From the NCBI GenBank assembly GCA_041640455.1, contig JBEQAF010000015.1, forward strand, positions 1-32,374: 32,374 nt of DNA, written 5' to 3'. The notes beneath the pieces were generated by a model that did no database searches, was not told the DNA's origin, and worked only from the letters and a program-made list of their open reading frames with translations. The position numbers and the translations under genes were made by a program. Below, piece after piece: positions 9,723 through 19,762 of the stretch (its first letter is position 1; each line of letters opens with the position of its first letter). This stretch comes from a bacterium. Lineage in GTDB: Bacteria; CALINM01.

Positions 9723-9814
9723 TCATTTTTTTCACTTCCTTTACTTTTTCCCCATTTCAGATTATCAAAATCTAATTGCTTTTTTAATCCTAAGAATGTA
9801 AAAATATTTTTATT

Positions 9815-11272
9815 ATGAGTAAGAGGGTATTCTGTCTTTTTATTGCGCTTTTATTTTTCTCTGGCTGCAAAGACTACAGTCTGTCTGATATTAAAAATTT
9901 TCTGTTTGGCAGCAAAGGAAAGATTATTGAAGAGACAGACAAACAGCCCATAACTCCTTCACCGCAGATTCTCAACCTCCAGGAAGCCTTTGAAAAGGTT
10001 GCTGAGGTAGCTCTTCCAGGTGTGGTAAATATTTCAACTGATCAGAAGGTTAAGGTAAGACCATTCAGTTCACCCTTTGACGATAATCCTCTTTTCAGAG
10101 AGTTTTTTGAAGATTTTTTCAATGACCTGATCCCACGTGAGAGAGAGTATAAATCAACCAGTCTTGGCTCAGGGTTTATAATTTCAAAGGATGGTTACAT
10201 TGTTACCAATGACCATGTGGTGAGAAATGCTGATGAGATTACTGTGAAACTTAATGATAAAAGGGTTTTTAAGGCAAAGATTGTGGGGCGTGATCCCAAA
10301 ACCGATATTGCAGTAATAAAAATATCTGCCGAAAACCTGCCCACTCTTAAGCTTGGAAATAGTGATAGATTAAAAATTGGACAGTGGGCAATAGCGGTAG
10401 GAAATCCCTTTGGATTAAACGGCACACTAACAATGGGGGTTATTAGCGCAACAGGCAGAAGTAATCTGGGTATAGAGACCTATGAGGATTTCATTCAGAC
10501 CGATGCATCAATTAATCCAGGCAATTCAGGTGGTCCATTGCTTAATATTTACGGAGAGGTTATTGGCATAAACACAGCGATTATTGCTGCAGGGCAGGGA
10601 ATAGGTTTTGCCATTCCTATTAATATGGCTAAAAATATAATAAACCAGATTATTGAAAAAGGTAAGATAGAGCGTAGCTGGCTTGGTGTGGGGATTCAGA
10701 AGCTTACCCCTGAGCTTGCTGAGTCAATGAATATTAAGATAAAAGAAGGTGTTCTTGTGAACAGAGTTTATGAAAACTCTCCTGCAGAAAAGGCAGGGCT
10801 CAAAGAAGGAGATGTGATAATTGAATGTAACGGTAGAAAGCTTGAAGACCCTTCAGATCTACAGAAGATAGTAATATCTGTGCCAGTTGGCTCAAATCTT
10901 GAGCTTAAGGTCATCAGAGAAGGTAAGGAGAGAATCATTAATGTTAAGACGGAAAAGATGCCCGATGATGAAAAGATTGAAAAAGCAGAGGTTGCTAAAA
11001 ATATTCTTGGAATAAAGGTTAGAGAGATGTTGCCATCCGAGAAGAAAAATGCCTTTTATAAATCCGGTGTGGTTGTTACCGATGTGGAGCCTAACTCGCC
11101 GGCTGATAGCGCAGGTATACAGGAAAACGACATTATATTTACTATTAATCAGAAGGTTATAAAGTCAGTAAATGATTTTAATCAGATAGTCAAAAAACTG
11201 AGAAAGGGTAGTATTATAAATCTCTTTTTGCAGAGAGGTAATCAGACCTTTTATCTTGCAATAAGGATTTAA
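9815..11272 (+). CDS. degP: DegP/DegQ (HtrA, Do family) serine protease with two PDZ domains; probable lipoprotein
   Basis: GSGFII, VTNDHVV, DIAV, QTDASINPGNSGGPL; lipobox-like LFFSGC. Confidence 0.93.
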   Translation: MSKRVFCLFIALLFFSGCKDYSLSDIKNFLFGSKGKIIEETDKQPITPSPQILNLQEAFEKVAEVALPGVVNISTDQKVKVRPFSSPFDDNPLFREFFEDFFNDLIPREREYKSTSLGSGFIISKDGYIVTNDHVVRNADEITVKLNDKRVFKAKIVGRDPKTDIAVIKISAENLPTLKLGNSDRLKIGQWAIAVGNPFGLNGTLTMGVISATGRSNLGIETYEDFIQTDASINPGNSGGPLLNIYGEVIGINTAIIAAGQGIGFAIPINMAKNIINQIIEKGKIERSWLGVGIQKLTPELAESMNIKIKEGVLVNRVYENSPAEKAGLKEGDVIIECNGRKLEDPSDLQKIVISVPVGSNLELKVIREGKERIINVKTEKMPDDEKIEKAEVAKNILGIKVREMLPSEKKNAFYKSGVVVTDVEPNSPADSAGIQENDIIFTINQKVIKSVNDFNQIVKKLRKGSIINLFLQRGNQTFYLAIRI

Positions 11273-11281
11273 GGGGGATTG

Positions 11282-11542
11282 ATGGCACAAGTTCAAAATT
11301 ATGAACAGGCATATAGACTAGCAAAGGCTATACTTTCTGATATTCTGCTCTATAATCAGGAGAAGGTTAAAAAAGGTATAGAGGATGATAACCTTTTTGA
11401 AATCTTAAATAGTGAGCTGGAAGAAGGCAGAAAGCTCTTTGAAAGTAAGGTGCCGCCAGAAATTTCAAAAGATGTGTTTAATAAAGCTATTATTGATGTA
11501 ATATTCAAGCAGTCAGGCAGATTTAACTCAAAAATATGGTGA
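11282..11542 (+). CDS. Small conserved hypothetical protein
   Basis: AGGGGG RBS; RLAKAILSDILLYNQEKVKKG-ELEEGRKLF helical motif; overlaps the rluD start. Confidence 0.75.
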   Translation: MAQVQNYEQAYRLAKAILSDILLYNQEKVKKGIEDDNLFEILNSELEEGRKLFESKVPPEISKDVFNKAIIDVIFKQSGRFNSKIW

Positions 11543-12480
11543 TAGATATAGAGGTTGAGGGGAGCCACAAGAGAGCCGACCTTTACCTTTCCTGTCAGTT
11601 GAATATATCAAGATCTAAAGTTCAGCAGTTTATCAGAGAAGGAAAAATTTTACTAAATGGCAAGATTTTTAAGCCTTCAGCAGAATTAAATAAGGGTGAT
11701 AGGATTACAGGATTTATTGATAGCGAGCCACAAGAGATAGATCTTAAACCCCTCGAGTATCCTCTAAAAATAGTCTATGAAGATAGCCATATAATGGTGA
11801 TTGATAAAGACAAAGGGATGGTTGTTCATCCAGCAAAGGGACATAAAGACGATACCCTTGTTAATGCTATAATTAATCATTGTAAGGATCTAAAAGGGAT
11901 AGGCGGAGAGCTAAGACCTGGCATTGTTCACAGAATTGATAAAGACACGGCAGGACTTCTGGTAGTAGCCAAAGATGAGGAAAGCTATGGTAATCTTCAG
12001 AGGCAGTTTGCTCATAGAGAGATTGAAAAGAGCTATCTTGCAATAGTTTACGGATGTCCGGAAATGACAGAGGGAGCTATTGTTACAAAGATTGGAAGAA
12101 GTGAAAAGGACAGAAAAAAGTTCTCTGTCAGACAGGAGGGTAAAGAGGCAGTAAGTCATTATAAGGTATTAAAAACCGATGGACAGATTAGTCTTGTGGA
12201 GGTGATGATAAAAACTGGAAGGACCCATCAGATTAGGGTACACTTAAGTCACATAAAACATCCAATAGTGGGGGATAATATTTACGGCAAAAAAAATTTT
12301 GGTGCCCATATTAAGGATAAGGAACTGCTTAAGCTTATAAATGACATTGATGGGCAGGTTTTATTGGCATACAGGCTGAGCTTTATTCATCCTGTGGAAA
12401 ATAAAAAGATGGAGTTTAAGGCTGAGATTAGAGAGGATATGAAAAATCTTATTAACTATCTGGAGAAAAGATGCAACTGA
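11536..12480 (+). CDS. rluD: RluA-family pseudouridine synthase with S4 domain (RluD)
   Basis: S4 domain, GMVVHP, RPGIVHRIDKDTAG, TGRTHQIRVH, HPIVGD; adjacent to pgeF. Confidence 0.9.
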   Translation: MVIDIEVEGSHKRADLYLSCQLNISRSKVQQFIREGKILLNGKIFKPSAELNKGDRITGFIDSEPQEIDLKPLEYPLKIVYEDSHIMVIDKDKGMVVHPAKGHKDDTLVNAIINHCKDLKGIGGELRPGIVHRIDKDTAGLLVVAKDEESYGNLQRQFAHREIEKSYLAIVYGCPEMTEGAIVTKIGRSEKDRKKFSVRQEGKEAVSHYKVLKTDGQISLVEVMIKTGRTHQIRVHLSHIKHPIVGDNIYGKKNFGAHIKDKELLKLINDIDGQVLLAYRLSFIHPVENKKMEFKAEIREDMKNLINYLEKRCN

Positions 12481-13226
12481 TAAATAAAAACGATTATTCC
12501 TATCTCACTCCTGATAGGGATTTTAAAAATGCAAAAATTTTCTTTCTTTCAAAGGAATTAGGGATCGAAGCAGCAGAAAAAGAAAGCCAGTATCCCGCAC
12601 CTCCTCCTCATTATGTTTTAACCAGAGTAGCCTCTCATTTTCCAGTGGACAGCAGAACTCTTACCTTTATGAACCAGATTCACAGCGATGGCATAGTGAT
12701 AAAGAGTAACAAAAAACCGTCCTTTCCCACAGCCGACGCAATTATAACTAATATCAAAGGTATAGGACTGGCAATAAAGACAGCAGACTGTGTGCCCATT
12801 TTCCTTTATGATGAAAAGAATAATGTGGCTGTTGCAATACATGCGGGCTGGAGAGGTACGGCGCTGAAGATCGTTAAAAAGGTACTCAAAAAGCTTGAAC
12901 AGGAGTTTGATTCGGATATTGAAAGTCTCTTTGCATTCATAGGACCTGCCATCAATCAGAAATGTTATGAGGTTGGCAAAGATGTTTATGAACATTTTGG
13001 CTTTTTGGGGAAGAGAAAAAACGACTTTTTTTATAAATGTAAGGGCGAAAAATTTCTGATGGATCTTAAAGGGATTAATGCCCATATGCTGGAAGGCTAT
13101 GGTATTAAGTCAGAGAATATGGAGATATCTGAGCTATGCACTCATTGCGAGAAAGAGCTTTTTTATTCATACAGGCGTGATAGGCAAAATTCTGGAAGAA
13201 ATATAAGCTTTATATCGCTTATTTAG
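12471..13226 (+). CDS. pgeF: PgeF/YfiH laccase-domain protein
   Basis: QIHS, TADCVPI, AIHAGWRG, IGPAI...CYEVG, FYSYRR. Confidence 0.93.
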   Translation: MQLINKNDYSYLTPDRDFKNAKIFFLSKELGIEAAEKESQYPAPPPHYVLTRVASHFPVDSRTLTFMNQIHSDGIVIKSNKKPSFPTADAIITNIKGIGLAIKTADCVPIFLYDEKNNVAVAIHAGWRGTALKIVKKVLKKLEQEFDSDIESLFAFIGPAINQKCYEVGKDVYEHFGFLGKRKNDFFYKCKGEKFLMDLKGINAHMLEGYGIKSENMEISELCTHCEKELFYSYRRDRQNSGRNISFISLI

Positions 13227-13228
13227 GT

Positions 13229-14038
13229 TTATTCAAAAAACGCTATCTCAGGCTCAGCATTTATGATTTTATGTTTTTTAAGAAATTGAAAAAATAGCTT
13301 AAGACTGATTATGTGTTTTTCTGTTAGCTCATATGAGAGATAATCCCAGTATTTAAGAATAAAGTCCCTATCAAACCCCATTTTTTTTGAAAATCTTTCA
13401 GCCATAAGCTCTCTGTGATGGAGAAAAAAATTATAGGACTCCCTTAGGCAGTTGTGAATGTATTTAATGTGTTCTTTGTTTTGTTCGGTCTTTGAAACCT
13501 GCCAGAGTGCAAAGGTAAAGGGGAGACCTGTAAAGCTGTTCCAGATCTTTCCAAGATCATTCTGAATAATGTAAGGCTGGGAAACTATTTTTAATGCATC
13601 ATCTCCTATATAAAGAACGCCGTCTCCTTCAGCAAGAAGCCTTTCAACAGAATTTTCTGAAGGATTGAAGCTTTGATAATCAATCTCCGATTGATAGAAC
13701 TCTCTCATAATTACCCTGATAAGCATAGCAGAGGTTTTTGAATGGGAAGTTACAAAAAATCTTCCTCTTTTAATATCAGGTAATGGCTTTTTTGTTAGTA
13801 GAATGATACTTTTAACCTCACTATCGGAGGAGATGGAAAGCCCCCTAAGTATCCTGTAGCCCTTGGTAAGCTCAAAAGAGGAAGAGGGAGAAACGGTAAG
13901 CCTCCCCTGTTCCAGCAGGCTATTAAGATAAGCTGGTGTTCCATCAATTAGTCTCCCTTTAAATGGAATAAGCTTTTCGAGGATGGCGCCGTGGATAGGT
14001 ATACAGTTTAGATAATTTATATTCCCTAAAGTAACCAT
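13229..14038 (-). CDS. mqnA: Chorismate dehydratase (futalosine menaquinone pathway)
   Basis: INYLNCIP, SKTS, IGDDAL, DLGKIW..FTGLPFTFALW. Confidence 0.88.
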   Translation of the reverse strand: MVTLGNINYLNCIPIHGAILEKLIPFKGRLIDGTPAYLNSLLEQGRLTVSPSSSFELTKGYRILRGLSISSDSEVKSIILLTKKPLPDIKRGRFFVTSHSKTSAMLIRVIMREFYQSEIDYQSFNPSENSVERLLAEGDGVLYIGDDALKIVSQPYIIQNDLGKIWNSFTGLPFTFALWQVSKTEQNKEHIKYIHNCLRESYNFFLHHRELMAERFSKKMGFDRDFILKYWDYLSYELTEKHIISLKLFFQFLKKHKIINAEPEIAFFE

Positions 14039-14694
14039 AACATCACAGGCAGAATTATAATTGATGGAAGCAGATCAAGTGTTTTTATAGTTGTAATATT
14101 GAGCAGGTTAAAACCTATGGAAAGAATTAGAATCCCTCCAACTCCATCAAGGTTATGAATGAATCGGTCTGAAAAAAGAGGTAGATATTTTGATAGTATA
14201 GTTATTCCCCCCTGTATAACAAATACCGAAAGAGCTGAAAATGCAACAGATATTCCATATCGAGCAGTAAGTATGATGGAGGCAAAGCCATCCATGACTG
14301 ACTTAGTCTGTATAAGCGTAGGGTCGTTATAGAGTCCGTCTTTTAATGAACCTATAATGGTCATTGAACCAACACAGAACAGTGTGGTAGCAACAATAAA
14401 CCCCTGACTATTGCTATCTTCAGGAAAATATCTGCTCTTAACCCTATCAACCACAATACTTACATTGTCTTCAAGACCTATTAGTGCCCCTGCAAGGGTA
14501 CCCAGAACAACAGAAAGCACTATAATAATTATATCCTTCCCCTGAAGTGCCATTTTAATACCTATAAATATGGTTATAAGTCCAAGGGCATTAAATACCG
14601 ATTCCTTTATCTGATCACTGATCCTTTTGCCCACATACACTCCAATCAGGCTTCCGAATAAAACAGTGATAGTATTAAGTAAATAGCCTTTCAT
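14026..14694 (-). CDS. DUF554-family membrane protein
   Basis: G.LLNTITVLFGSLIG, TLFCVGSMTIIGS..DG, KSVMDG; likely start MKGY at 14694. Confidence 0.9.
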   Translation of the reverse strand: MKGYLLNTITVLFGSLIGVYVGKRISDQIKESVFNALGLITIFIGIKMALQGKDIIIIVLSVVLGTLAGALIGLEDNVSIVVDRVKSRYFPEDSNSQGFIVATTLFCVGSMTIIGSLKDGLYNDPTLIQTKSVMDGFASIILTARYGISVAFSALSVFVIQGGITILSKYLPLFSDRFIHNLDGVGGILILSIGFNLLNITTIKTLDLLPSIIILPVMLWLL

Positions 14695-14780
14695 AAAAAA
14701 CATATTCTATCACTTTTTACTTTTCATTGAATAAAAAAACTGATAGGTTAAAATTATTTTATGTTGAGTTTGGGGGCTCA

Positions 14781-15377
14781 ATGAGATACCTGAAACTATT
14801 TTTTCTTACCTTGATGGTAATAATAAGCTCAGCCGCAGTTAGTTTTGCCTATGAATGGAAGCCCATATCAGGAGAGATGAGTATAGGCTTTGAAGGGATA
14901 AGGTTTAAAGATATGAATGAGACAAAGCCACTTCTTGCCCTCGAGATCGGAAGCAGAAATATTTATTATGGCTACTCCCTGTTACTTGGAGCTGCTAATA
15001 TTGAAAATCAGATCTATGAAATATCCCCCAATGTTTATAGCCAGAGCATAGATTACTATCCCATTGAGTTTAATGTTAAGGGATATTACCAGCTCAAAGA
15101 TATAGAGCTTGGATTCGGCGGTGGACTTAGCATGAATTATCTCAGTTATAGTCAGAGAAATGAGACAGCAGATAAGGATATATCTTCCAAAGATAATGTT
15201 TTGTTTGGTGCTCAGCTTAAGGGAGAGATTAAATTTCTTTTCCCCTCATCATCGGGGGTAGATGCCTTTGTAAGTGTGGAGTATGTTTATCAGTTTGTTG
15301 AAAAAACAAACACTTTTTTAGGGCCTGTAGACCTTTCAAATCAGAGGCTCGGGATTAAGCTCGGTGGAAGGTTCTGA
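14781..15377 (+). CDS. Exported outer-membrane beta-barrel-like protein
   Basis: Signal peptide MRYLKLFFLTLMVIISSAAVSFA after a GGGGG RBS; alternating beta-strand pattern; C-terminal Phe. Confidence 0.7.
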   Translation: MRYLKLFFLTLMVIISSAAVSFAYEWKPISGEMSIGFEGIRFKDMNETKPLLALEIGSRNIYYGYSLLLGAANIENQIYEISPNVYSQSIDYYPIEFNVKGYYQLKDIELGFGGGLSMNYLSYSQRNETADKDISSKDNVLFGAQLKGEIKFLFPSSSGVDAFVSVEYVYQFVEKTNTFLGPVDLSNQRLGIKLGGRF

Positions 15378-15403
15378 TTTATAAATAAAATATAATTTTT
15401 TAG

Positions 15404-15440
15404 TTGACGTATCCGAAATATTATGTTAATGTTTTCACAA
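15404..15440 (+). promoter_or_regulatory. Putative promoter with overlapping Rex-like operator
   Basis: -35 TTGACG (15404-09), 17 nt spacer, TG-n-TAATGT. ATGTTAA-TGTT-TTCACAA (15423-40) versus Rex consensus TTGTGAA-N4-TTCACAA. Confidence 0.6.
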
Positions 15441-15461
15441 ATTTAGCTTGGTAGGTTAATA

Positions 15462-17375
15462 ATGCTAAACTCTATTGATTTATTGCTGATTTTTCTATCA
15501 TTTGCCATTTTTATAGCTGGCTTTATTCAAAAGGCAGAGAGGTGGAAAAGAGGGCTTGCTGACAATAGATCTGACAATCTTTATGAACGTGTTTTTCAGG
15601 GGTTTGAAAGAGTCTTTTCTCATAACGACGTTTTACGAGAAAGAAAGATGGGTTTTTTTCATCTTTTTGTATTCTATATTTTTGCTCTTGCAATATTTTT
15701 AATAGTCATATTTCATCTTCCAGTTACTCTGCCTGAGATTGTGGCAAATATCCAGTCAATACTCCTGGATATAACAGCCACCATAGGTTTCATTGGGCTT
15801 ATTTATTTTTATTACAGAAGACTTACTGAAAAAGACAGAGGGTTTGATAATAAAAGGGAAGACTTTATACTTCTTGGCTGGCTGATACTGATATTTTTAA
15901 CCGGATTCCTGACAGAGGCTGTAAGGCTGAAAGTATTCAGAGAAAAGCTAATTTTTGCCCCAGCCGGTGCCGTTTTTTCTGTTTTCATACCCACAAAAGA
16001 AGAGCTTTATCCTTTTCTATCTCAGTTTTTCTGGAGAATACATTTTTTCCTGGTTCTTGGTTTTATAGCCTATATACCTTTTTCCAAAGCTATTCACATA
16101 TTTCTGATCCCTTTAAGCTATATTTTTAAAAGCCCTTTACCTAAGGGAGCCTATAAACTGTATGATCTTGACAACGCTGAAGAGTTTGGAGCCAACAAGA
16201 TCTCTGATCTCAACTGGAAAGATCTGATGGACCTTGATACCTGTGTGAGATGCGGCAGATGTCAGGAGAACTGCCCAGCCTTTCTGACAGAGAAGCCGCT
16301 GTCGCCCAAAAAGGTTATACAGGATCTGAAAACGGTTCTTTATAAATCAGACAAGGACAGAGATGCGGCTCTGGTAAATGAGGATATTACAGATCATGTG
16401 ATATTCTCATGCACTACCTGTAGGGCATGTCAGGAGAACTGTCCTGCCGGTATTGAACATCTTGATAAGATGATGGAAATAAAAAGATATCTGGTGCTTA
16501 TGGAGGGGACAATTAGCCCTGAGGCTCAGCTGTTATTTAAAAATCTTGAGAGAAATGGCAATCCCTGGGGTATGCCTGCTTCTACAAGGGCAGAATGGAC
16601 AAAAGAGCTAAATGTTAAGTTTCTGGCTGAGCTGGAAGATCCAAAAGCTATTGATTTTCTTTTCTGGCCAGGATGTGCGGGTGCCTTTGATGATCGATAT
16701 ACAAAGGTGGTTAAAAAGATAGTGGATATTTTTAACCGAGCCGGACTTAACTTTGCGCTGATGGGTGAGGAAGAGACCTGTTGCGGAGATCCGGCAAGGA
16801 AGCTTGGAAACGAGTATTTATACGATATGCTGGCAAGGCAGAATGTGGAGACCATGAACAATTATGGTGTCAAAAAGATAGTTACCTCCTGTCCCCATTG
16901 CCTTAATACCATAAAAAGAGACTATACTCAGATTGGCGGTAGCTATGAAGTTATATCCCACACGGAGTTTCTGCTTGAGCTTATAAAGAGCGGAAAAATA
17001 GAGCTTACGAAAAAACTTGATGGCAGCTTTGCCTATCATGATTCCTGCTATCTGGCAAGATACAATGATGTTTATGATGAGCCGAGAGAGATTGTAAAAA
17101 AATCAGGTTACAGGCTTGTGGAGTTTGAAAGGCGGGGTATTAAAGGCTTCTGTTGCGGTGGTGGTGGCGGAAACATGTTTCTTGAAGAGCATGCGCCCCG
17201 TATGAATGATACGAGGGTAAAACAGCTTCTTGAGAGCAGCGAAGGTAAGGATATAAACGGCATAGCAACGGCATGCCCCTTCTGTCTTACCATGATGACT
17301 GACGGCACAAAAACTCATAATAGAGAAGATATAGCTGTTAAAGATATAGCAGAAATTATTCATGAGGCGCTGTGA
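15462..17375 (+). CDS. Membrane-bound FadF/heterodisulfide-reductase-like Fe-S protein (NarI-like TM domain, 2x4Fe-4S, 2 CCG domains)
   Basis: TM histidines (FFHLF, WRIHF, AIHIF), CVRCGRCQENCP, CTTCRACQENCP, ETCCG, SCPHC, YHDSC, CCGGGGG, ACPFC. Confidence 0.9.
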   Translation: MLNSIDLLLIFLSFAIFIAGFIQKAERWKRGLADNRSDNLYERVFQGFERVFSHNDVLRERKMGFFHLFVFYIFALAIFLIVIFHLPVTLPEIVANIQSILLDITATIGFIGLIYFYYRRLTEKDRGFDNKREDFILLGWLILIFLTGFLTEAVRLKVFREKLIFAPAGAVFSVFIPTKEELYPFLSQFFWRIHFFLVLGFIAYIPFSKAIHIFLIPLSYIFKSPLPKGAYKLYDLDNAEEFGANKISDLNWKDLMDLDTCVRCGRCQENCPAFLTEKPLSPKKVIQDLKTVLYKSDKDRDAALVNEDITDHVIFSCTTCRACQENCPAGIEHLDKMMEIKRYLVLMEGTISPEAQLLFKNLERNGNPWGMPASTRAEWTKELNVKFLAELEDPKAIDFLFWPGCAGAFDDRYTKVVKKIVDIFNRAGLNFALMGEEETCCGDPARKLGNEYLYDMLARQNVETMNNYGVKKIVTSCPHCLNTIKRDYTQIGGSYEVISHTEFLLELIKSGKIELTKKLDGSFAYHDSCYLARYNDVYDEPREIVKKSGYRLVEFERRGIKGFCCGGGGGNMFLEEHAPRMNDTRVKQLLESSEGKDINGIATACPFCLTMMTDGTKTHNREDIAVKDIAEIIHEAL

Positions 17376-18280
17376 TGTTTAAAAATATCAAAAAAAACAA
17401 TCAGATTTTCTTTTATATAATAGCCCTTCTGCTATCATGTGCCTGTAGCGTATCTGCTGTTGAGTACAGGGAGAGGGATAAAAAATGTATGGATGAGTGC
17501 CATTCAAAGGACATCAGATATACCCCTTATGGCTATTACGGTAATGAAAAATCTATTCACCTCGACTATGAAAAATTTTTAAACTCAAAGCACGGTGTTT
17601 TTTACTGTGTAGACTGCCACCATGATGTGGATGCGGGGGAGAAAACCCATTTTGTTAAGGAGCCTTCAATAAGATGCGAATCCTGTCATATTAATGTTGA
17701 GGCTTATTCTGAAAGGATTAAGGAGCTTTTCAAAACAAAAGGGATAAAGATGGATGATAAAAAAAGGGTTTTCATGGACTTTAAAGAAAGCTTACATGGA
17801 AAAGCCTACTTTGAAAAGAAGAAAAACGCACCTTACTGCACGGGCTGTCATGAAAGCCATAATGCAAATCTGACAGATAAAGACTCTTCAGTATCAAAAT
17901 CTAATCTGCCCCAAACCTGCGTTAGATGCCATCCTTATGAAGCTGGAGCAGGTGATGGTTTGTTTTCTAAGATGGCACTTTTGAGGGTAAGGGGTCACAA
18001 AAAGGGTGATTCTTCTATTGATTATTCAAGAAAAAACTGTATGGCTTGCCATCAGGGAGATTCAGCTCATGGTAAAAAAATATCAGAGCTTAACTGTATG
18101 AGCTGCCATAAAAAAGAGGCAGGGGTTTTCTTCTCAGATTTTCATGGCAAGGATTTATCTACTTTAACCTATCTTATAAATTTTGGTCTGATTTTTGGTG
18201 GAATAGTTTTTATCGGTGCTGGAATAGGTTATATGGCTGGAAGACAAAAGGAGACAAAGGAAGAACATGAAAGCCATTAA
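17372..18280 (+). CDS. Periplasmic multiheme cytochrome c with C-terminal membrane anchor
   Basis: Signal peptide; 6 CxxCH (CVDCH, CESCH, CTGCH, CVRCH, CMACH, CMSCH) plus CMDECH; C-terminal TM helix. Confidence 0.88.
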   Translation: MMFKNIKKNNQIFFYIIALLLSCACSVSAVEYRERDKKCMDECHSKDIRYTPYGYYGNEKSIHLDYEKFLNSKHGVFYCVDCHHDVDAGEKTHFVKEPSIRCESCHINVEAYSERIKELFKTKGIKMDDKKRVFMDFKESLHGKAYFEKKKNAPYCTGCHESHNANLTDKDSSVSKSNLPQTCVRCHPYEAGAGDGLFSKMALLRVRGHKKGDSSIDYSRKNCMACHQGDSAHGKKISELNCMSCHKKEAGVFFSDFHGKDLSTLTYLINFGLIFGGIVFIGAGIGYMAGRQKETKEEHESH

Positions 18281-18854
18281 ACGATATGGAATGATTATTG
18301 ATCTCACCAGATGTACAGGCTGTCATAGCTGTGAGCTTGCCTGTAAGCTGGAAAATAAAGTACCTATCTCAATCTGGAGAATGTGGGTCAAAGAGGGTGT
18401 TAAAGGTAATTATCCTGACATAATGAGGGTGTATCTTCCCATTCTGTGCAACCAGTGTGATAACCCTACCTGTGTAACTGTGTGTCCGGTGAAGGCTTCT
18501 ATAAAGAGAGATGACGGCATAGTAATAGTTGATCCTCACAGATGTATAGGTTGCAGATATTGTATGGCTGCCTGTCCCTATGGGATGAGGCATGTTAATC
18601 CGCTTTTAGGTATTGTGCAGAAGTGCGATTTCTGTCTGCATAGAGTAACAGAGGGAGAAAAACCAGCCTGTGTAATAAGCTGTCCAAATGGCGCTATGAT
18701 TTTTGGGGATCTGAGTGATAAGCAGAGTGAGATAAGCAGGTATCTGGCTAAGCACAGAGTTACTGTTCTGAAGGAAGATACAGGCAATCTGCCCCATGTA
18801 TTTTATGTAAACCTTGATGGTGAGTTAGCAGATAAAAAGGGAATGCCGGAGTGA
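18267..18854 (+). CDS. NrfC/DmsB-type 4x[4Fe-4S] electron-transfer subunit
   Basis: CTGCHSCELAC, CNQCDNPTCVTVCP, CIGCRYCMAACPY, KCDFC..PACVISCP. Confidence 0.92.
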   Translation: MKAIKRYGMIIDLTRCTGCHSCELACKLENKVPISIWRMWVKEGVKGNYPDIMRVYLPILCNQCDNPTCVTVCPVKASIKRDDGIVIVDPHRCIGCRYCMAACPYGMRHVNPLLGIVQKCDFCLHRVTEGEKPACVISCPNGAMIFGDLSDKQSEISRYLAKHRVTVLKEDTGNLPHVFYVNLDGELADKKGMPE

Positions 18855-18857
18855 GAT

Positions 18858-19754
18858 ATGGATATTAATTTAACCTATAACGTTCCCATGCAGGAGACCT
18901 TCGGTACATATATTGCCGTATATTTTTATCTAACGGGCCTAAGCGCAGGTTCATTTATCCTTTCCTCTCTGAGATATGTGTTTGGCTTTGAAAAGTTTAA
19001 GCCTCTGGCAAAACCTGGTGTTGTATTAGCAGCCATTCTACTTATAATGGCGCCGTTGGCTCTGCTTATACATTCTGGACATCCGATGAGGGCGTGGCAT
19101 TTGTTTGTTTTTATTAATCCCTCCTCACCTTTATCATGGGGATCCTTTCTCTTAACCATCTATCCCATAGTATGTGTGATCTATGCATACTTTATGTTTA
19201 AAGAGAATGCAAAGATGGCTAAAATTATGGGAATTATTGGTATTCCATCGGCTATCTTTGTTCATGGATATACTGGTGTGGTTCTGGCTGTAGCCAAAGC
19301 CCGTGCGGTCTGGGCGACTCCAATTATGCCTCTACTTTTTCTTGTGTCTGCCATGATATCCGGTATAGCCTTGATGATGATAGTATGTGCCATTCAGGGC
19401 TACTTTTTTTCAAAGGATAAAAAGATCAATTCGGAACTGCTTTTTACGCTGGGAAATATGCTTATCTGGATAATTATTTTTGATCTTTTTCTCGTGGTGT
19501 GTGATATGCTTACCCATTACATGGGGCATAAAGGTGGGATTGAGGCAACCATTCATATGACCACTGGATTTTTCGGATTTACATTTCTTGTTGTTGAGGT
19601 GTTTATAGGAAAAATCATACCAATGATTGTGTTTGCTATTCCAGGACTCAGGAAGAACTGGATTTATGTATTAATGGCGGTAATAATCATGATAGGAATA
19701 TTTGTGATGAGATATAATGTTGTTGTGGGCGGAGAACACATACCTTTAGTTTAG
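18858..19754 (+). CDS. nrfD: NrfD/PsrC-family quinone-interacting membrane subunit
   Basis: IAVYFYLTGLSAG, GHPMR, SSPLSWGS, HGYTG, LFLVSA..SG, MRYNVVVGG; about 8 TM helices. Confidence 0.9.
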   Translation: MDINLTYNVPMQETFGTYIAVYFYLTGLSAGSFILSSLRYVFGFEKFKPLAKPGVVLAAILLIMAPLALLIHSGHPMRAWHLFVFINPSSPLSWGSFLLTIYPIVCVIYAYFMFKENAKMAKIMGIIGIPSAIFVHGYTGVVLAVAKARAVWATPIMPLLFLVSAMISGIALMMIVCAIQGYFFSKDKKINSELLFTLGNMLIWIIIFDLFLVVCDMLTHYMGHKGGIEATIHMTTGFFGFTFLVVEVFIGKIIPMIVFAIPGLRKNWIYVLMAVIIMIGIFVMRYNVVVGGEHIPLV

Positions 19755-19762
19755 AGGATTAT

